Assembly (NCBI GenBank): GCA_963845755.1
Contig: CAWJTV010000033.1
Span: forward strand, 32,001 to 96,000
Length of the DNA: 64,000 bases
Direction: 5' to 3'
From: an uncultured Planctomycetota bacterium
Lineage (GTDB): Bacteria; Planctomycetota; Planctomycetia; Isosphaerales; Isosphaeraceae
Both the position numbers and the translations under genes were made by a program. Of the stretch, positions 29,269 to 40,490 are shown one piece after another. The notes beneath the pieces were generated by a model. That model saw only the letters and a program-made list of their open reading frames with translations. It was not told where the DNA came from and made no database searches. Within the stretch, counting starts at the first letter, position 1. The number at the start of each line of letters is the position of its first letter.

Positions 29269-29897
29269 CCCGCCTGACTCGGTGGCGTACCCAGGACGGC
29301 GCGCAGCCGTCGCAAGGCTCGCAGGTAGCGCATTCCGGCGGCCGGCTCGCTCAGGCCCAGGGCCCGTGCGGCCTCCGCATTCGAGAAGTGCTCGAAGTGC
29401 CGAAGCAGCAGCACTTCGCGGTCATCCTCCCCAAGTTCCTGAAGCGCCGCCTGGAACCGTTCGGCCAGCTCGCGGCGGATGGCCTCGGCCGCTGGAGTCG
29501 CACCCTGGTCGCGCAGTTCCGCGGCGAGGTCGAGCGAAGAGCGGTCGAGGAACTCGTTGGCGGCAATGGGCCGTTCGCGGTCGATGCTCCGGCGAGCGGC
29601 CACGCGATGACGCCGATGAACGTCGATCAATCGGTCGAGGGCAATCTGCCTGAGCCAGAGTTGGAACGGCAACGCCGGGTTGCGCAGGTAGTCGGCGAGG
29701 CGCCGGCTGGCCTCCAGTAGGACGCTCTGCACCACATCACTGGCATCCTCGCGACGTCCCACGGCCCGATCGAGCCGGACAGCGATCATGCGGCGCAATG
29801 GCTCGCGATGGCACGCCAGCAACCGATCGACGGCCGACGGCTCATCCTGCGCCGCGTGTTCCAGCATGGCTTGCGTTTCGGTCGCATCAGGCCACAT
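29265..29897 (-). CDS. ECF-type sigma-70 factor
   Basis: DASDVVQ, WLRQIA, LGEDDREVLLLRHFEHFSNAEAARALG, RYLRALRRL; ATGA overlap with the kinase. Confidence 0.92.
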   Translation of the reverse strand: MWPDATETQAMLEHAAQDEPSAVDRLLACHREPLRRMIAVRLDRAVGRREDASDVVQSVLLEASRRLADYLRNPALPFQLWLRQIALDRLIDVHRRHRVAARRSIDRERPIAANEFLDRSSLDLAAELRDQGATPAAEAIRRELAERFQAALQELGEDDREVLLLRHFEHFSNAEAARALGLSEPAAGMRYLRALRRLRAVLGTPPSQAG

Positions 29898-30112
29898 GAC
29901 ACGGCCCCGTGATCTCGGCCCGGTCGGTCACTGCTGACAGAGCCCGTTTCCCTGACTCCCAAGCATAACGACTTGCTCCGTCGCGTTACAACGAGGGGGG
30001 TTCCCGATCACGTTCCTCCTGTCGGTCGTGCTGTCTCCGAATCGCTCCACCTTACGTTACTCAGTGTATTGCGGCGTTTGACCAGCTACTTCCCCGACGG
30101 AAAGACCCTGTC

Positions 30113-30817
30113 ATGAAGCCTGAACTCGACCGATCGAGCCGACGACTCTTCCTTGGTGCCTGCGCCAGCGGTGCGGCGTTCTTCACGACCACGGGGCTGT
30201 TCGCCGAACAGCTCGCCGTCACGCCTTCCCGCACCGAAGGCCCGTTCTATCCCGACAGGCTGCCTCTCGACCAGGACAACGACCTGATCCTGGTCAAGGA
30301 CAGCACAACCCCCGCCGTGGGTGAAATCACGCACCTGACCGGGCGGGTGCTCACCGCCTCGGGCAGCCCGATGCGCGGCGTTACCATCGAGATCTGGCAG
30401 TGTGACGCGAACGAAGTGTATCTCCACACAGGAGACAGCGAGTCGAAGGCCGACCAGCGCGACAAGAACTTTCAGGGTTTCGGCAAGTTCACCACCGGCT
30501 CGACCGGCGAGTACCGCTTCCGAACCATCAAGCCGGTGCCGTATCCCGGCCGGCCGGCCCCGCACATTCATTTCAAGGTGAAGAAGGGAGACCGGGAGCT
30601 GCTCACCTCCCAGATTAACATCGCCGGACACCCTGGCAACCTGGTGGATCACGTCGTTCTCGAGGGGATCAGCATCTTCGACCGCGAGTTGCTGATGACG
30701 GAGTTCCGGCCGATCAAGGGGTCGAAAATCGGGGAGTTGTCCGCGAACTTCGACATCATCCTCGGCCGGACACCCGACGAGCGCGTGTTGTCGTCGCGCC
30801 GGCGCCCAGATCGTTGA
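30113..30817 (+). CDS. Intradiol ring-cleavage dioxygenase family protein, Tat signal
   Basis: SRRLFL; TEGPFYP, IEIWQCDA, FRTIKPVPYPGRPAPHIHF. Confidence 0.88.
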   Translation: MKPELDRSSRRLFLGACASGAAFFTTTGLFAEQLAVTPSRTEGPFYPDRLPLDQDNDLILVKDSTTPAVGEITHLTGRVLTASGSPMRGVTIEIWQCDANEVYLHTGDSESKADQRDKNFQGFGKFTTGSTGEYRFRTIKPVPYPGRPAPHIHFKVKKGDRELLTSQINIAGHPGNLVDHVVLEGISIFDRELLMTEFRPIKGSKIGELSANFDIILGRTPDERVLSSRRRPDR

Positions 30818-30872
30818 GAGTCGGGTACGAGGCTGAGAACCCGCTGGAAACTCGAAACCGTGGAGGAACCTC

Positions 30873-31562
30873 ATGGGAAGCCGCACTGGAACGATCGCGT
30901 TTGTCGGCTGGCTGTGCGCAGCGCAGGCCGCGATCGCGCAACCACCTGAAGGGCCCGGCGCCGGGCCTGGGCGTGGGTTTTCGAAGCAAGAGGATGCCGA
31001 TGATCTGGTATCGCGGATGCTGGCCTTCGACGCCAACAAGGACGGCTATCTGATCCGGAGCGAAGTGACCGACAATCGGCTGCTCCGGTTGTTCGATCGA
31101 GCAGACGCCGACAAGAACGGGAGGGTCACGAAGTCGGAGCTGACCGCCCTGGCAGAGAAGGAGCACGCGGACCTTCGGGGCGGACCCGGCTTCGGGCCGC
31201 CGGGCGGTCCAGGAGGATTCGGCCCTCCAGGAGGTCCGGGATTCGGCGGTCCGCCGCGCCCCGGTGAGATCCTTCCCGCGATGGTCCAGGACCGTCTCAG
31301 ACTGACCCCCGAGCAGAAGAACCAGCTCGCGGGCCTCCAGAAAGAGGTCGATGCCAGGCTCGAGAAGATCCTCAACGACGACCAACGGAAACAACTCATC
31401 CAGATGCGCCGGCGGGGACCCGGTGGTTTCGGCCCGCCCGGTGGCGGCGGACCAGGCGGTTTCGGTCCCCCGGGAGGCCGGCGACGGCCGGCAGGTCCCG
31501 GCGGAGGACCACGACCGGAAGGTCCAGGCCAAGCCCCCGATGGTGAGCGGCCCTCAAGTTGA
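30873..31562 (+). CDS. Exported EF-hand protein with Gly/Pro repeats
   Basis: DANKDGYLIRSE and DADKNGRVTKSE loops; repeated GFGPPGG. Confidence 0.8.
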   Translation: MGSRTGTIAFVGWLCAAQAAIAQPPEGPGAGPGRGFSKQEDADDLVSRMLAFDANKDGYLIRSEVTDNRLLRLFDRADADKNGRVTKSELTALAEKEHADLRGGPGFGPPGGPGGFGPPGGPGFGGPPRPGEILPAMVQDRLRLTPEQKNQLAGLQKEVDARLEKILNDDQRKQLIQMRRRGPGGFGPPGGGGPGGFGPPGGRRRPAGPGGGPRPEGPGQAPDGERPSS

Positions 31563-31663
31563 GTTGGCGGGTAGCCGTCCGAGCAATCCTCCGCAACTCG
31601 TTCATTCGCTCCAAGATGACTCCCGCTCGGATGATCGCCAGAATCGCGAGGTCCACGATGCGT

Positions 31664-33176
31664 TTATGGCTCGGCCTTGGGAACTCGGTTGGCGTTCCGT
31701 TGAAGGAGCTTTTCCAGGATGGCCGGGTCGATCTTGACTGTCTTCTTCGGCTTCTTCACCGCTTCCGGGTCCGCATTCGTCAGGGCAATCTTGGACGAAT
31801 CCGAGGACCGCGCCGGTATCGTGTCCGTGGTCCCGGGCGCCGGCTGGCCCCGGGATGAGGCGGCATTCGCCTCATCCCCGGAGGGCGCCGAGCTGGCACG
31901 TTTCTGTGGTCGAGGCACGGTCTTGACCGAGGGTGCTGGCTTGGGCCCGCCCAGCAGATACGGGAGGGGGAATTCCTTCGGATCGGCCTGGAGCAGATCT
32001 TCGGGCAGCAATCCCTGACCGGGCCGGTATCGGAAAGCGGCGGAGGTGTTGGGGTTGGCGGCCGCGGCCGGCATCCGCGCGCCTTCGCCACGACCGGGCT
32101 TCATGCCGGAAACGACGGCGTCCAGTGACGATCCCGCGGGACGACTGCGGTCGGAACCGAAGACCTCGACCGGCTCGGAGCCCGGTGAATTACCGGCCCT
32201 GGTGCCGGCATTCAAGTATTGCGGTGGACGCAGGCCATTAACCCAGGTCGCGAGGATCCGGTAGGCCCGGTCATTCGAACCCGTGAAGATCGGCTGTTTC
32301 TTCGACCCGAGGCCGTGAGCTCGGAGCGTGCTGGAGAGCAACTCGCTCTTGGCCGGATTCTCCGGGTCCACCAGCCGAAGAGTGGCGTCGAGGTTCGCCC
32401 GGAGCGCGTTCGGGCGACTGCTGACGAGGCGTGGTGATCGGCACGAGCTGGAACATTCCTTCGTATCCTGCGTTATGGCACTTGGCACACTTGAGTTGGA
32501 GCACGGGCTGGATATAACGTGCGAACTCCACGGCGCGTTGGATCGCCAGGGGTTTGGGGAGATTGAAGATCACTGGCATTCCGGTAAGCCCCATTCCGCG
32601 CTCTGCGCCCCGCAAGACGGCCGAATCCAGCGCACGCGGATTGTCCTCGGCGACCTCCTCGGCAGCCGTCTGGCGTACCTCCGGATCGAACTCGGTCGCC
32701 GGCCGCTTCTCCGAATACTCCAGGTTGGCCAGCATGGCCTGGGCCGGCCCATGGTCCGGGCTGATTGCGAGCACCTTCACGAGCTGTTCCTTGGCCTCTG
32801 CTGTCAGGTGGATATTCAAGCACCATCGGGCCAGCTTCACGCGCTCCGCGGGATCATCCTCGGGCAGCCGCTCCTCCTTGTGGCGATAGGCGTCGCGGAT
32901 CGATCCGTACGACCCTTCCACCAGCTTCTTGGGGAATCTCATGATTCCCAGCCTCTGCTTCACCACGTACAAGGAGCCCTCTCGCGAGATGACTCCCTGG
33001 ATCATGCGACCATCGGTCAGGAGCAGGAATTCCTCCCGACGAACCGGTGCCCGGCCGGTCGCGGGCGGGTCTCCAGGGGCTGGCTCTTCCGTCACCGCCC
33101 CGACGCCCATCACCAGTGCCAAGGATGCCGCAACCGACAGTCCGGTGGCCACGAATCGTCTTTTGCTGATCGACAT
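31664..33176 (-). CDS. Hypothetical exported protein with one CxxCH motif (frameshift near 32420)
   Basis: Signal-like N-terminus; YIQPVLQLKCAKCH; continues in ORF 31664-32488 (LRANLDATLRLVDPENPAKSELL). Confidence 0.7.
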
Positions 33177-33449
33177 GTGCCCTGGTTCCCTCACAGGCGC
33201 GAACGCAATAGGGACCGGCTCCGAGTCTTCGAAGGACCTGTCCTCAGCGTCGTGAACGCCTCAATGCCGCCGCCGGGAGATAGGACCGACCCGACGGTCG
33301 TGGGAAAGGAATTGACCGATTCCGTTGGAAACGGTGGCGGCACGGTAGACCAGGCCCTAGAATTCGTCAAGGCAGCTTCGAGCCGACCGGACGTCGGCGC
33401 GTTGGCGGTTGATCCCCGATTCGATTCCCCGTTGCTTCAGGGCCACTTC

Positions 33450-33737
33450 ATGATATCGCGGGAGACTTCACCCCTGCTGGAATCGTTGCTCGGTCAGGTC
33501 GTCGTGGTCGACCTCAAGTCGAGTTACGTCTGCCTCGGCACGCTGATCGCTCGTGATGAGCACTATTTCGAGCTGCGCGACGCCGACCTGCATGATTTCC
33601 GTGACAGCACCGCCACTCGCGAAGTCTACGTCTATGACTCGGCACGTCTCGGTATCCGACGGAACCGCGAACGCGTGCTGATCCGCCAGGACGATGTGGT
33701 CGCGATCACGCGATTCGAGGACATCTCGGAATCATGA
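33450..33737 (+). CDS. Small Sm/LSm-like fold protein
   Basis: LESLLGQVVVVDLKSSYVCLGTLIARDEHYFELRDA (Sm1-like) and VLIRQDDVVAI (Sm2-like). Confidence 0.65.
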   Translation: MISRETSPLLESLLGQVVVVDLKSSYVCLGTLIARDEHYFELRDADLHDFRDSTATREVYVYDSARLGIRRNRERVLIRQDDVVAITRFEDISES

Positions 33738-33948
33738 CAATCAAGCTGATAGTCAAGATGCCTCGGGTCGTCCATGATGGCATCGTGACTGAGAAAACAC
33801 CCTGAAGAACGAACACTCCTGGAGAGGCCAAGATCCGAACTCGCGGCGTCTGGCTCCCAAGAGGGGCGAGCCGAGGGCGAATCAACCGACCGCCTCACCG
33901 AAACACATGGCTGATTGAGACTTCCACCTTCAAGAGGACAACCCTATC

Positions 33949-35052
33949 ATGACACCTTTTCGATGGTTGCTTGCAATACCGCTAGCGTTTGTCGTTGGGC
34001 TGAACGGGGCATCGGCCCGGGCCTCGGACATTCGCGATCAAGCGGCGATGTTCAGTCCCAAAGCGGTGCAGGAGGCGCGAACTCGGCTCGACCGCCTGGA
34101 ACAATCGACCGGCGTTCCCGTTGTCATCGAGACCATCAAGGCGATCCCCAGCCTGACCAAGGAATCCAGTCGGGAGGAGAGGGAACGTGCGATCAACCAG
34201 CTCGCGAAGCGACGAGATCAGCAGATCCACGATGAGGGAATTTACATCCTGATTTCTCGGCGCGAACATGTCATTTCCGAGACGCTGATCCGCGAGCGGC
34301 TGGCGCGGGTGCTTCCGATCGAGAAGCGAGATGCCATCCGCGATGCGTTCATCGCGGGGTTTGCCAAGGGGGCCAAGACCCAGAACTTCGATGAAGGCTT
34401 GGTAGAAGGTGCCCAGGCGATCGAGGAGGCGTTGCGAGGGGTCAAGTCCGCGCATGCCCACGCACCGCCGGCCGCCGCGCGCGGGCCCGCAGCCCGGCGT
34501 GCGGGCGGCGGCTCATCGACCCTTGGTACCTTCCTCCTCATCGGACTCGGGATCCTCGCGGTCCTGATTGTCCTCCGGGTTCTGGGAGGTCTTTTCGGGC
34601 GCTCGCAGGGCGCCGGCTACCCCAACCAGATGGGCGGGATGGGGATGCCGCGTCCGGGGATGGGCCCCGGTGGCGGTCCAGGCTACGGCGGTGGACCGGG
34701 TTACGGCGGTCGGGGTGGCGGATTCTTCTCCGGGCTCCTGGGTGGGCTGGGTGGCGCCATCGCGGGCAACTGGCTGTATGACCAGATGTCGGGAAGGCAC
34801 GGTCAAATGACATCTGCCGGAACCGCCTATCCGCCAGATGACCCCGCGGCCGGCGTCACCGATCAGGGGGATGAGATCGTCGGCGCCGAGGACAACGGCG
34901 GTCGCGGTGCCTCGTGGGACGATGGCAGCGGCAGCGACACCGGCGCAGGCGACTGGGGCGGTGGCGATAATGGCGGTGATTGGGGCGGCGGCGGTGGAGA
35001 CTGGGGTGGCGGCGATGGCGGAGGAGACTGGGGCGGTGGAGGAGACTGGTAA
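33949..35052 (+). CDS. TPM-domain membrane protein with Gly-rich tail
   Basis: Signal peptide, IRDQAAMFS...GVPVVIETI...FDEGLVEG, TM helix, terminal GDWGGG repeats. Confidence 0.78.
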   Translation: MTPFRWLLAIPLAFVVGLNGASARASDIRDQAAMFSPKAVQEARTRLDRLEQSTGVPVVIETIKAIPSLTKESSREERERAINQLAKRRDQQIHDEGIYILISRREHVISETLIRERLARVLPIEKRDAIRDAFIAGFAKGAKTQNFDEGLVEGAQAIEEALRGVKSAHAHAPPAAARGPAARRAGGGSSTLGTFLLIGLGILAVLIVLRVLGGLFGRSQGAGYPNQMGGMGMPRPGMGPGGGPGYGGGPGYGGRGGGFFSGLLGGLGGAIAGNWLYDQMSGRHGQMTSAGTAYPPDDPAAGVTDQGDEIVGAEDNGGRGASWDDGSGSDTGAGDWGGGDNGGDWGGGGGDWGGGDGGGDWGGGGDW

Positions 35053-35087
35053 TCCTTCCACGCGAAGTCGCCATCCGTACAAGGTGC

Positions 35088-35137
35088 TCGAGTCCTCGGG
35101 TGTTTGACCTGGGGACTCAAGGACTTGAGGACTTGAT
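35088..35137. repeat. Inverted octamer arrays before the M24 peptidase gene
   Basis: ctcgagtc ctcgggtg ... ggactcaa ggacttga ggacttga. Confidence 0.6.
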
Positions 35138-35142
35138 GCCCC

Positions 35143-36234
35143 ATGAGAGTCACTGATCGACGCGAGCGGTTGCGCCGCAATTTCGCGTCCACCGACGCCG
35201 ATGCCTTCCTGGTGAGCGCGCCGACGAACGTTCGCTACCTGACGGGTTTCACGGGCGATTCGTCGGTCCTCCTGGTCAGTCTCGAACGGGACATCCTCGT
35301 TTCTGATGGTCGTTTCACGACGCAGCTCGCCCAGGAATGTCCGGGCCTGGAGACGTATATCAGGCCCTCGAACCAGGAGTTGACCGGGGCGATCGCTCAT
35401 GTTGCCGGCAGGATGGGTGTACGTCGCCTCGCCTTCGAGGCGACAAGCTGTACGGTAGCCGAGTACGAGTCAATCCGCAACGCGGTTCCCAGCATGGCGA
35501 TCACCGGCGTGCGAGGGTGGGTCGAGGCACTCCGGCGGGTCAAGGACGACGAAGAGATCGCGGCGATCCGGTCGGCCGTTCGCTGTGCCGAGCGCGCTTT
35601 CGCCATGCTGCGCGCGGGCCTACGCACGGGCGACTGCGAGAAGGACGTCGCCGACGCCCTCGAAGGTTACTTGCGGCGTTGCGGTGCCACGGCATCGAGC
35701 TTTCCGGTGATCGTCGCCGTCGGCGCACGGGCCGCGTTGCCTCACGCGCGGCCGACCTCCACGGCCCGCATCGGAGACGACGATTTCGTCCTCATCGACT
35801 GGGGAGCCTCCGGAGAGCCGTATAAAAGTGACTTGACGCGGGTCCTCGTCACGGGTAAGGTCACTCCGACTTTCGAGACGATTTATCGGACCGTCCTGGC
35901 AGCCCAAGAGCGCGCCATTTCCGCGATCCGGCCGGGTGCGAAGGCCCAAGAGATCGATGCCCAAGCCCGCTCCGTGATCGAGGAAGCGGGTTTCGGTGCT
36001 TTTTTTGACCACGGGCTCGGCCACGGGTTGGGTATGGACATCCACGAGGCCCCGCGTCTGCGCAGGGGATCTCAGGATCTCCTGGAGCCCGGCAATGTGG
36101 TGACTGTCGAACCCGGCATCTATCAGCCCGACTGGGGCGGCATCCGGATCGAGGACGATGTGCTGGTGACCCCCGACGGTTGCGAGGTTCTCTCACACAT
36201 CTCCAAATCGCTCGAATCCGTTCGGATCCTATAG
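35143..36234 (+). CDS. Xaa-Pro aminopeptidase (M24B)
   Basis: NVRYLTGFTG, IDWGA, SDLTR, HGLGHGLGMDIHEAP, TVEPGIY, GIRIEDD. Confidence 0.93.
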   Translation: MRVTDRRERLRRNFASTDADAFLVSAPTNVRYLTGFTGDSSVLLVSLERDILVSDGRFTTQLAQECPGLETYIRPSNQELTGAIAHVAGRMGVRRLAFEATSCTVAEYESIRNAVPSMAITGVRGWVEALRRVKDDEEIAAIRSAVRCAERAFAMLRAGLRTGDCEKDVADALEGYLRRCGATASSFPVIVAVGARAALPHARPTSTARIGDDDFVLIDWGASGEPYKSDLTRVLVTGKVTPTFETIYRTVLAAQERAISAIRPGAKAQEIDAQARSVIEEAGFGAFFDHGLGHGLGMDIHEAPRLRRGSQDLLEPGNVVTVEPGIYQPDWGGIRIEDDVLVTPDGCEVLSHISKSLESVRIL

Positions 36235-36471
36235 ACCCACCGCTGTCGCAATCTCACCGGGGTGGTCCTTGCCCCAGGCTGAAGGAATCTGAAAGAATCG
36301 TGTGAACAATACCGGATTCCGAGCCCAAGAGACGTGAGGCCCGATGCGGACGGGGCCTTGGATCCGTTTCTTCTTTTGAATCTGTGACTTTGAATCGATT
36401 CGTTCGCACTTTTCGAGTCCCTCCTATGCGAGGCGAAGTCTGGCGCTTGCTTGCCCACGCGGAGTCAACGA

Positions 36472-36978
36472 ATGGCCGAAAACGCTTCGGGGCCGGCGGA
36501 TCCCTTCGACGTGAAGCGGATTCATTACCTGGTCCGTCTCATGAAGCACTATGATCTGGCGGTGCTGGACTTGACGGACGGGCCGGCGCAGATCCGCCTG
36601 AGACGCCGCGGCCCGGAAACGGCTTCCCCTCCACCGGCTTTGCCGCCGCTCCAGGCTCCCGGCCAGGCCATCGCGCCGCAGGCGGCGCCCGCACCGCGGA
36701 GTGAGCCGGCGCCGGCGGCTGAGCCGGCGGCCTCCAAGACGATCGTGATCGAGAGTCCCATGGTCGGGACCTACTATACCTCCAGCGCCCCCGATGCCCC
36801 ACCGTTCGTCACGGTCGGCTCCGTGGTCCATCCGAAATCGATCGTGGGTATCATCGAGGCGATGAAAGTCTTTACCGAGATCCCGGCCGAAGTCTCGGGG
36901 ACGATCGTCGAAGTCCTGGCCAAGAACGGCCAGCCCGTCGAGTTCGGCCAGCCGCTGTTCCGCGTGATTCCCGCCTGA
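36472..36978 (+). CDS. accB: Acetyl-CoA carboxylase biotin carboxyl carrier protein
   Basis: [15 protein letters not shown] biotinylation motif, PVEFGQPLF. Confidence 0.95.
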   Translation: MAENASGPADPFDVKRIHYLVRLMKHYDLAVLDLTDGPAQIRLRRRGPETASPPPALPPLQAPGQAIAPQAAPAPRSEPAPAAEPAASKTIVIESPMVGTYYTSSAPDAPPFVTVGSVVHPKSIVGIIEAMKVFTEIPAEVSGTIVEVLAKNGQPVEFGQPLFRVIPA

Positions 36979-37099
36979 TTCGGGCCCGATGGCCCAAAGT
37001 CGATGGCGGACGACGTCGGATTGCGGTGACAACCGCCCCTTCCCCCGTGGAATCGGCGGCTCCAGCCGGGCACCGGCGATTGTGAGGTCCTTTTCGACG

Positions 37100-38467
37100 A
37101 TGTTTCAACGAATCCTGGTCGCCAACCGCGGAGAGATCGCGCTACGCGTCATCCGCGCCTGCAAGGAGCTCGATATCCAGGTCGTGGTGGTCTATTCTCA
37201 GGCCGATCGGGCCGCGCCTTACCTGAGTTTGGCCGACCGCGCGATCTGTATCGGCCGGGGCCCCAGCGTTAACAGCTATCTGAACCAGCCCCGCATCATC
37301 GCCGCCGCCGAGGTGGCGGACGTCCAGGCCATCCACCCCGGCTACGGCTTCCTCAGCGAGAATCCCGACTTCGCGGAGTCCTGCCGCACCAGCGGTTTCG
37401 AATTCATCGGGCCGCCGCACGAGGCGATCCGCAAGATGGGGCTGAAGACCGAAGCCAAGGAGATCGCCTCCAAGGCCGAAGTGGCCTGCGTCCCCGGCTC
37501 CGACGGTATCGTGACCAACGATTCCCAGGCGATGCGGCTGGCCCGGGCCATCGGGTTCCCCGTGCTCATCAAGGCCGCGGCCGGCGGCGGCGGCAAGGGG
37601 ATGCGAGTCTGCCGTGATGAGGCCAATCTGGTCGGCGCCCTCCAGACGGCCCGCAACGAGGCCGAAGCCGCCTTCAAGAACCCCAGTGTTTACCTCGAGA
37701 AATACATCGATCGGCCCCGACACGTCGAAATCCAGATCCTCGCTGACTCTCACGGCAATATCGTGCACTGCTGGGACCGCGATTGCACGCTGCAACGACG
37801 TCATCAGAAACTCGTCGAGGAATCCCCTGCGCCGACGTTGCCAATAGAGGTTCGTGACCGACTGGGGGGTGCTGCGGTTCGTCTGGCGCGGGCGGCCGGA
37901 TACGTCAACGCGGGGACATGCGAGTTTCTCGTCGATTCCACCAACAACTTCTACTTCATCGAAGTCAATGCTCGGATCCAGGTCGAGCACCCGGTAACGG
38001 AGATGGTGACGGGTATCGACCTGGTGAGGCAGCAGATCCGGATCGCCGAAGGAGATCCGCTTCCGTTTGCGCAGCAGGACATCGCGATCCGTGGGCATTC
38101 GATCCAGTGCCGGATCAACTCCGAGGATCCGGACCACGACTTCCGTCCCTCGCCGGGCCGGATCACCGGGCTTCGAATACCCGGAGGGCCCGGAGTCCGC
38201 TGGGACTCTCACATCCAGGTGGGCTACTCCGTCCCGCCTTACTACGATTCGCTGCTGGGTAAGTTGATCGTCCATGCCCCGACCCGGCTCGAGGCCCTGG
38301 CCAAGATGCGACGCGCCCTGGACGAGCTGGTGATCGAGGGAGTCCAGACAACCATCCCGCTGCACAAACGGGTCTTCCGCCACCCGGACTTCATCTCAAG
38401 TAACGTCGACACGACCTGGGTCGAACGCGTCCTGATCCCGCCGCGATCGGCGGCAAAGCCGTCGTGA
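37100..38467 (+). CDS. accC: Acetyl-CoA carboxylase biotin carboxylase
   Basis: [50 protein letters not shown]. Confidence 0.96.
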   Translation: MFQRILVANRGEIALRVIRACKELDIQVVVVYSQADRAAPYLSLADRAICIGRGPSVNSYLNQPRIIAAAEVADVQAIHPGYGFLSENPDFAESCRTSGFEFIGPPHEAIRKMGLKTEAKEIASKAEVACVPGSDGIVTNDSQAMRLARAIGFPVLIKAAAGGGGKGMRVCRDEANLVGALQTARNEAEAAFKNPSVYLEKYIDRPRHVEIQILADSHGNIVHCWDRDCTLQRRHQKLVEESPAPTLPIEVRDRLGGAAVRLARAAGYVNAGTCEFLVDSTNNFYFIEVNARIQVEHPVTEMVTGIDLVRQQIRIAEGDPLPFAQQDIAIRGHSIQCRINSEDPDHDFRPSPGRITGLRIPGGPGVRWDSHIQVGYSVPPYYDSLLGKLIVHAPTRLEALAKMRRALDELVIEGVQTTIPLHKRVFRHPDFISSNVDTTWVERVLIPPRSAAKPS

Positions 38468-38556
38468 GTTGGAATTTGGGATCTGGGATTCTCGCTGCCG
38501 GATGGGGCAAGGGTCCGGTATCTCCATCCAAAATCCACCATCGAGAATCCAAAACC
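38465..38556. repeat. Inverted heptamer arrays, accC-pfk junction
   Basis: ttggaat ttgggat ctgggat tctcg ... atccaaa atccacc atcgaga atccaaa. Confidence 0.7.
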
Positions 38557-38702
38557 GTGGTGGCCGGCCCTGGCGTTCCATGGTAGGCTCGAATCCGAGT
38601 GGGACCGCGTTGTCGGAGCCATCGGAGTCGCGGTGATGTACGAGGACACCGTCCGGCCGCTCCATGGTTCGTCTCCGGCCTCCGCTCGGAGGACCTGACG
38701 CG

Positions 38703-39733
38703 ATGAAAGTCGGCTTGCTCACCGGCGGCGGCGATTGCCCGGGATTGAACGCCGTCATCCGCGCGGTCGTACAACAGCTCGCCAATGAAGGGGCGACATG
38801 CGTCGGCATCATGGAGGGCTGCGCGGCCTGGTCCAGAACATGACGACTCCTCTCTCGACGGCCCAGACCGACGGCATCATCGCGCAAGGTGGGAGCATCC
38901 TCGGCGCCTCACGAACCAATCCATACCGCAATCCCGAGACCGATCTGGCCGCACTCCGCGAGAACTTCCAGCGCCTGGCGCTGGATGCCCTGGTCGTGAT
39001 CGGCGGTGATGACACGCTGGGCGTTGCGCTGCGGTTGCACAATGATTTCGGGTTTCCCGTCGTCGGTGTGCCCAAGACGATCGATAACGACCTGATGGTG
39101 ACCGATTTCTCGTTCGGGTTCGACACGGCGGTCAACATCGTCACGGAGGCGGTGGACCGGCTCCGGACGACCACCGAGAGTCATCGACGGATCGTCGTCG
39201 TCGAGACCATGGGCCGCCATTCGGGATGGATCGCCTGCTACTCGGGGATCGCCGTCGGCGCCGATTACATCCTGGTTCCCGAGGTGCCGATCGACTTGCC
39301 GCACCTGATCGCAGTCCTCTCTCGACGGCGTGCGGCCGGGAAGAAATACGGGATCGTGATCGTTGCCGAGGGAGCCCGCTTCCCCGATCGCGGCCCGTAC
39401 ACGCTGGATGATTCGCCCGATCCGTTCGGCAATCCCAGGCTGGGAGGCATCGGCGCGGTGATCGCCGATTCCATCGAGAAACAGACCCGGCTCGAGACCC
39501 GTTGCGTGGTTCTGGGACACCTCCAGCGCGGCGGTCCGCCGAGCGCCTACGACCGGATCCTGGCCACCCGGTTGGGACTGGCCGCCAGCCGGCTGGTCCT
39601 CCAGCATCGCTACGGCACCCTCGTGACCCTGATGAAGGGCCGAATCGTTGAGGCCGCCCTGAGTGAGTCCATCGCCGCCACGAAAACGCTCGACCTGGAC
39701 TATTACGGCGAAGCCGCGACATTCTTCCGTTGA
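38703..39733 (+). CDS. pfkA: 6-phosphofructokinase family (frameshift near 38818)
   Basis: [20 protein letters not shown], then [34 protein letters not shown]. Confidence 0.9.
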
Positions 39734-39818
39734 GGGGCGAAGATCATCTCGCCAAACCGAGAAGTCGCCGCTGTTGCTCATCGCGGCGTTACCTGGAGCA
39801 CGACCTCGTTGGACGACC

Positions 39819-40274
39819 TCATCGCGGGCCGCGGAACTTCCCGGAAAGCGTCTTGCCTCCGACCTGCACGGTCACTTCACCACCCGTCTGGTTCAGCTCG
39901 AAAGGGCCGGGTTTCGAAACGTAGCGAGAACTCCCGAGCGGATCGGCCGAATCCGGCGCCCCCTTGAGGGCGACCACTTGATCTCCGGTGGCCGTCCCGA
40001 TTTTCACCTCCACGGATGTCGGCGTCTCGGATGAGGGGGTTTTCTGGTCGGGTTGGAGCAAATACGCCACGAGCGTCGTTTCGAACGTCTTGCCTTTTTT
40101 CAGGCGGTCTCCGTTCACGAGTTCCACATAGGCTTGATTGTCCGTGAGCGGGATCAGAATTCCGCCGTGATGCTCGCTGGTTGCAGGAACGGGCGATTCC
40201 ACGACCACGGATTGGCCGCAGCCGATGAGAGTCCCCCCGGTGATGACGGAGATCGCAAGCAAAATCGTGCGCAT
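39819..40274 (-). CDS. Hypothetical lipoprotein
   Basis: MRTILLAISVITGGTLIGC lipobox; HHGG; downstream of DUF1559 gene. Confidence 0.7.
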   Translation of the reverse strand: MRTILLAISVITGGTLIGCGQSVVVESPVPATSEHHGGILIPLTDNQAYVELVNGDRLKKGKTFETTLVAYLLQPDQKTPSSETPTSVEVKIGTATGDQVVALKGAPDSADPLGSSRYVSKPGPFELNQTGGEVTVQVGGKTLSGKFRGPR

Positions 40275-40490
40275 CGACGATTCGCCCGGAAAAGAGGTAT
40301 GGGGCCGATCGGAAGGGGTCGGCCCCCGAAGAACGAGGGTGTGTGGGAAGACACGACGGGTCGGCTCAGTAGGGTGGATCGAACCTCGATTGATCGAGGC
40401 GAGGCGCACCGGATTCGCCGGGGAACTCGGTGGGCCTCACGCCGCGTTACGGCCTTCGACCCACCTCGCGAGGGCTTCTCGCTCACCCTT

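Noticed and set aside
29963..29992. ECF autoregulatory promoter TGTAAC...CGTT upstream of the sigma gene (minus strand)
   Set aside because: Spacer between AAC and CGT is only 14 nt, shorter than typical; cannot be supported without TSS data.
34940..35050. GGCGACTGGGGC-type nucleotide repeats as a DNA element
   Set aside because: They simply encode the GDWGGG low-complexity tail of the TPM protein; the same applies to the GFGPPGG repeats at 31180-31500.
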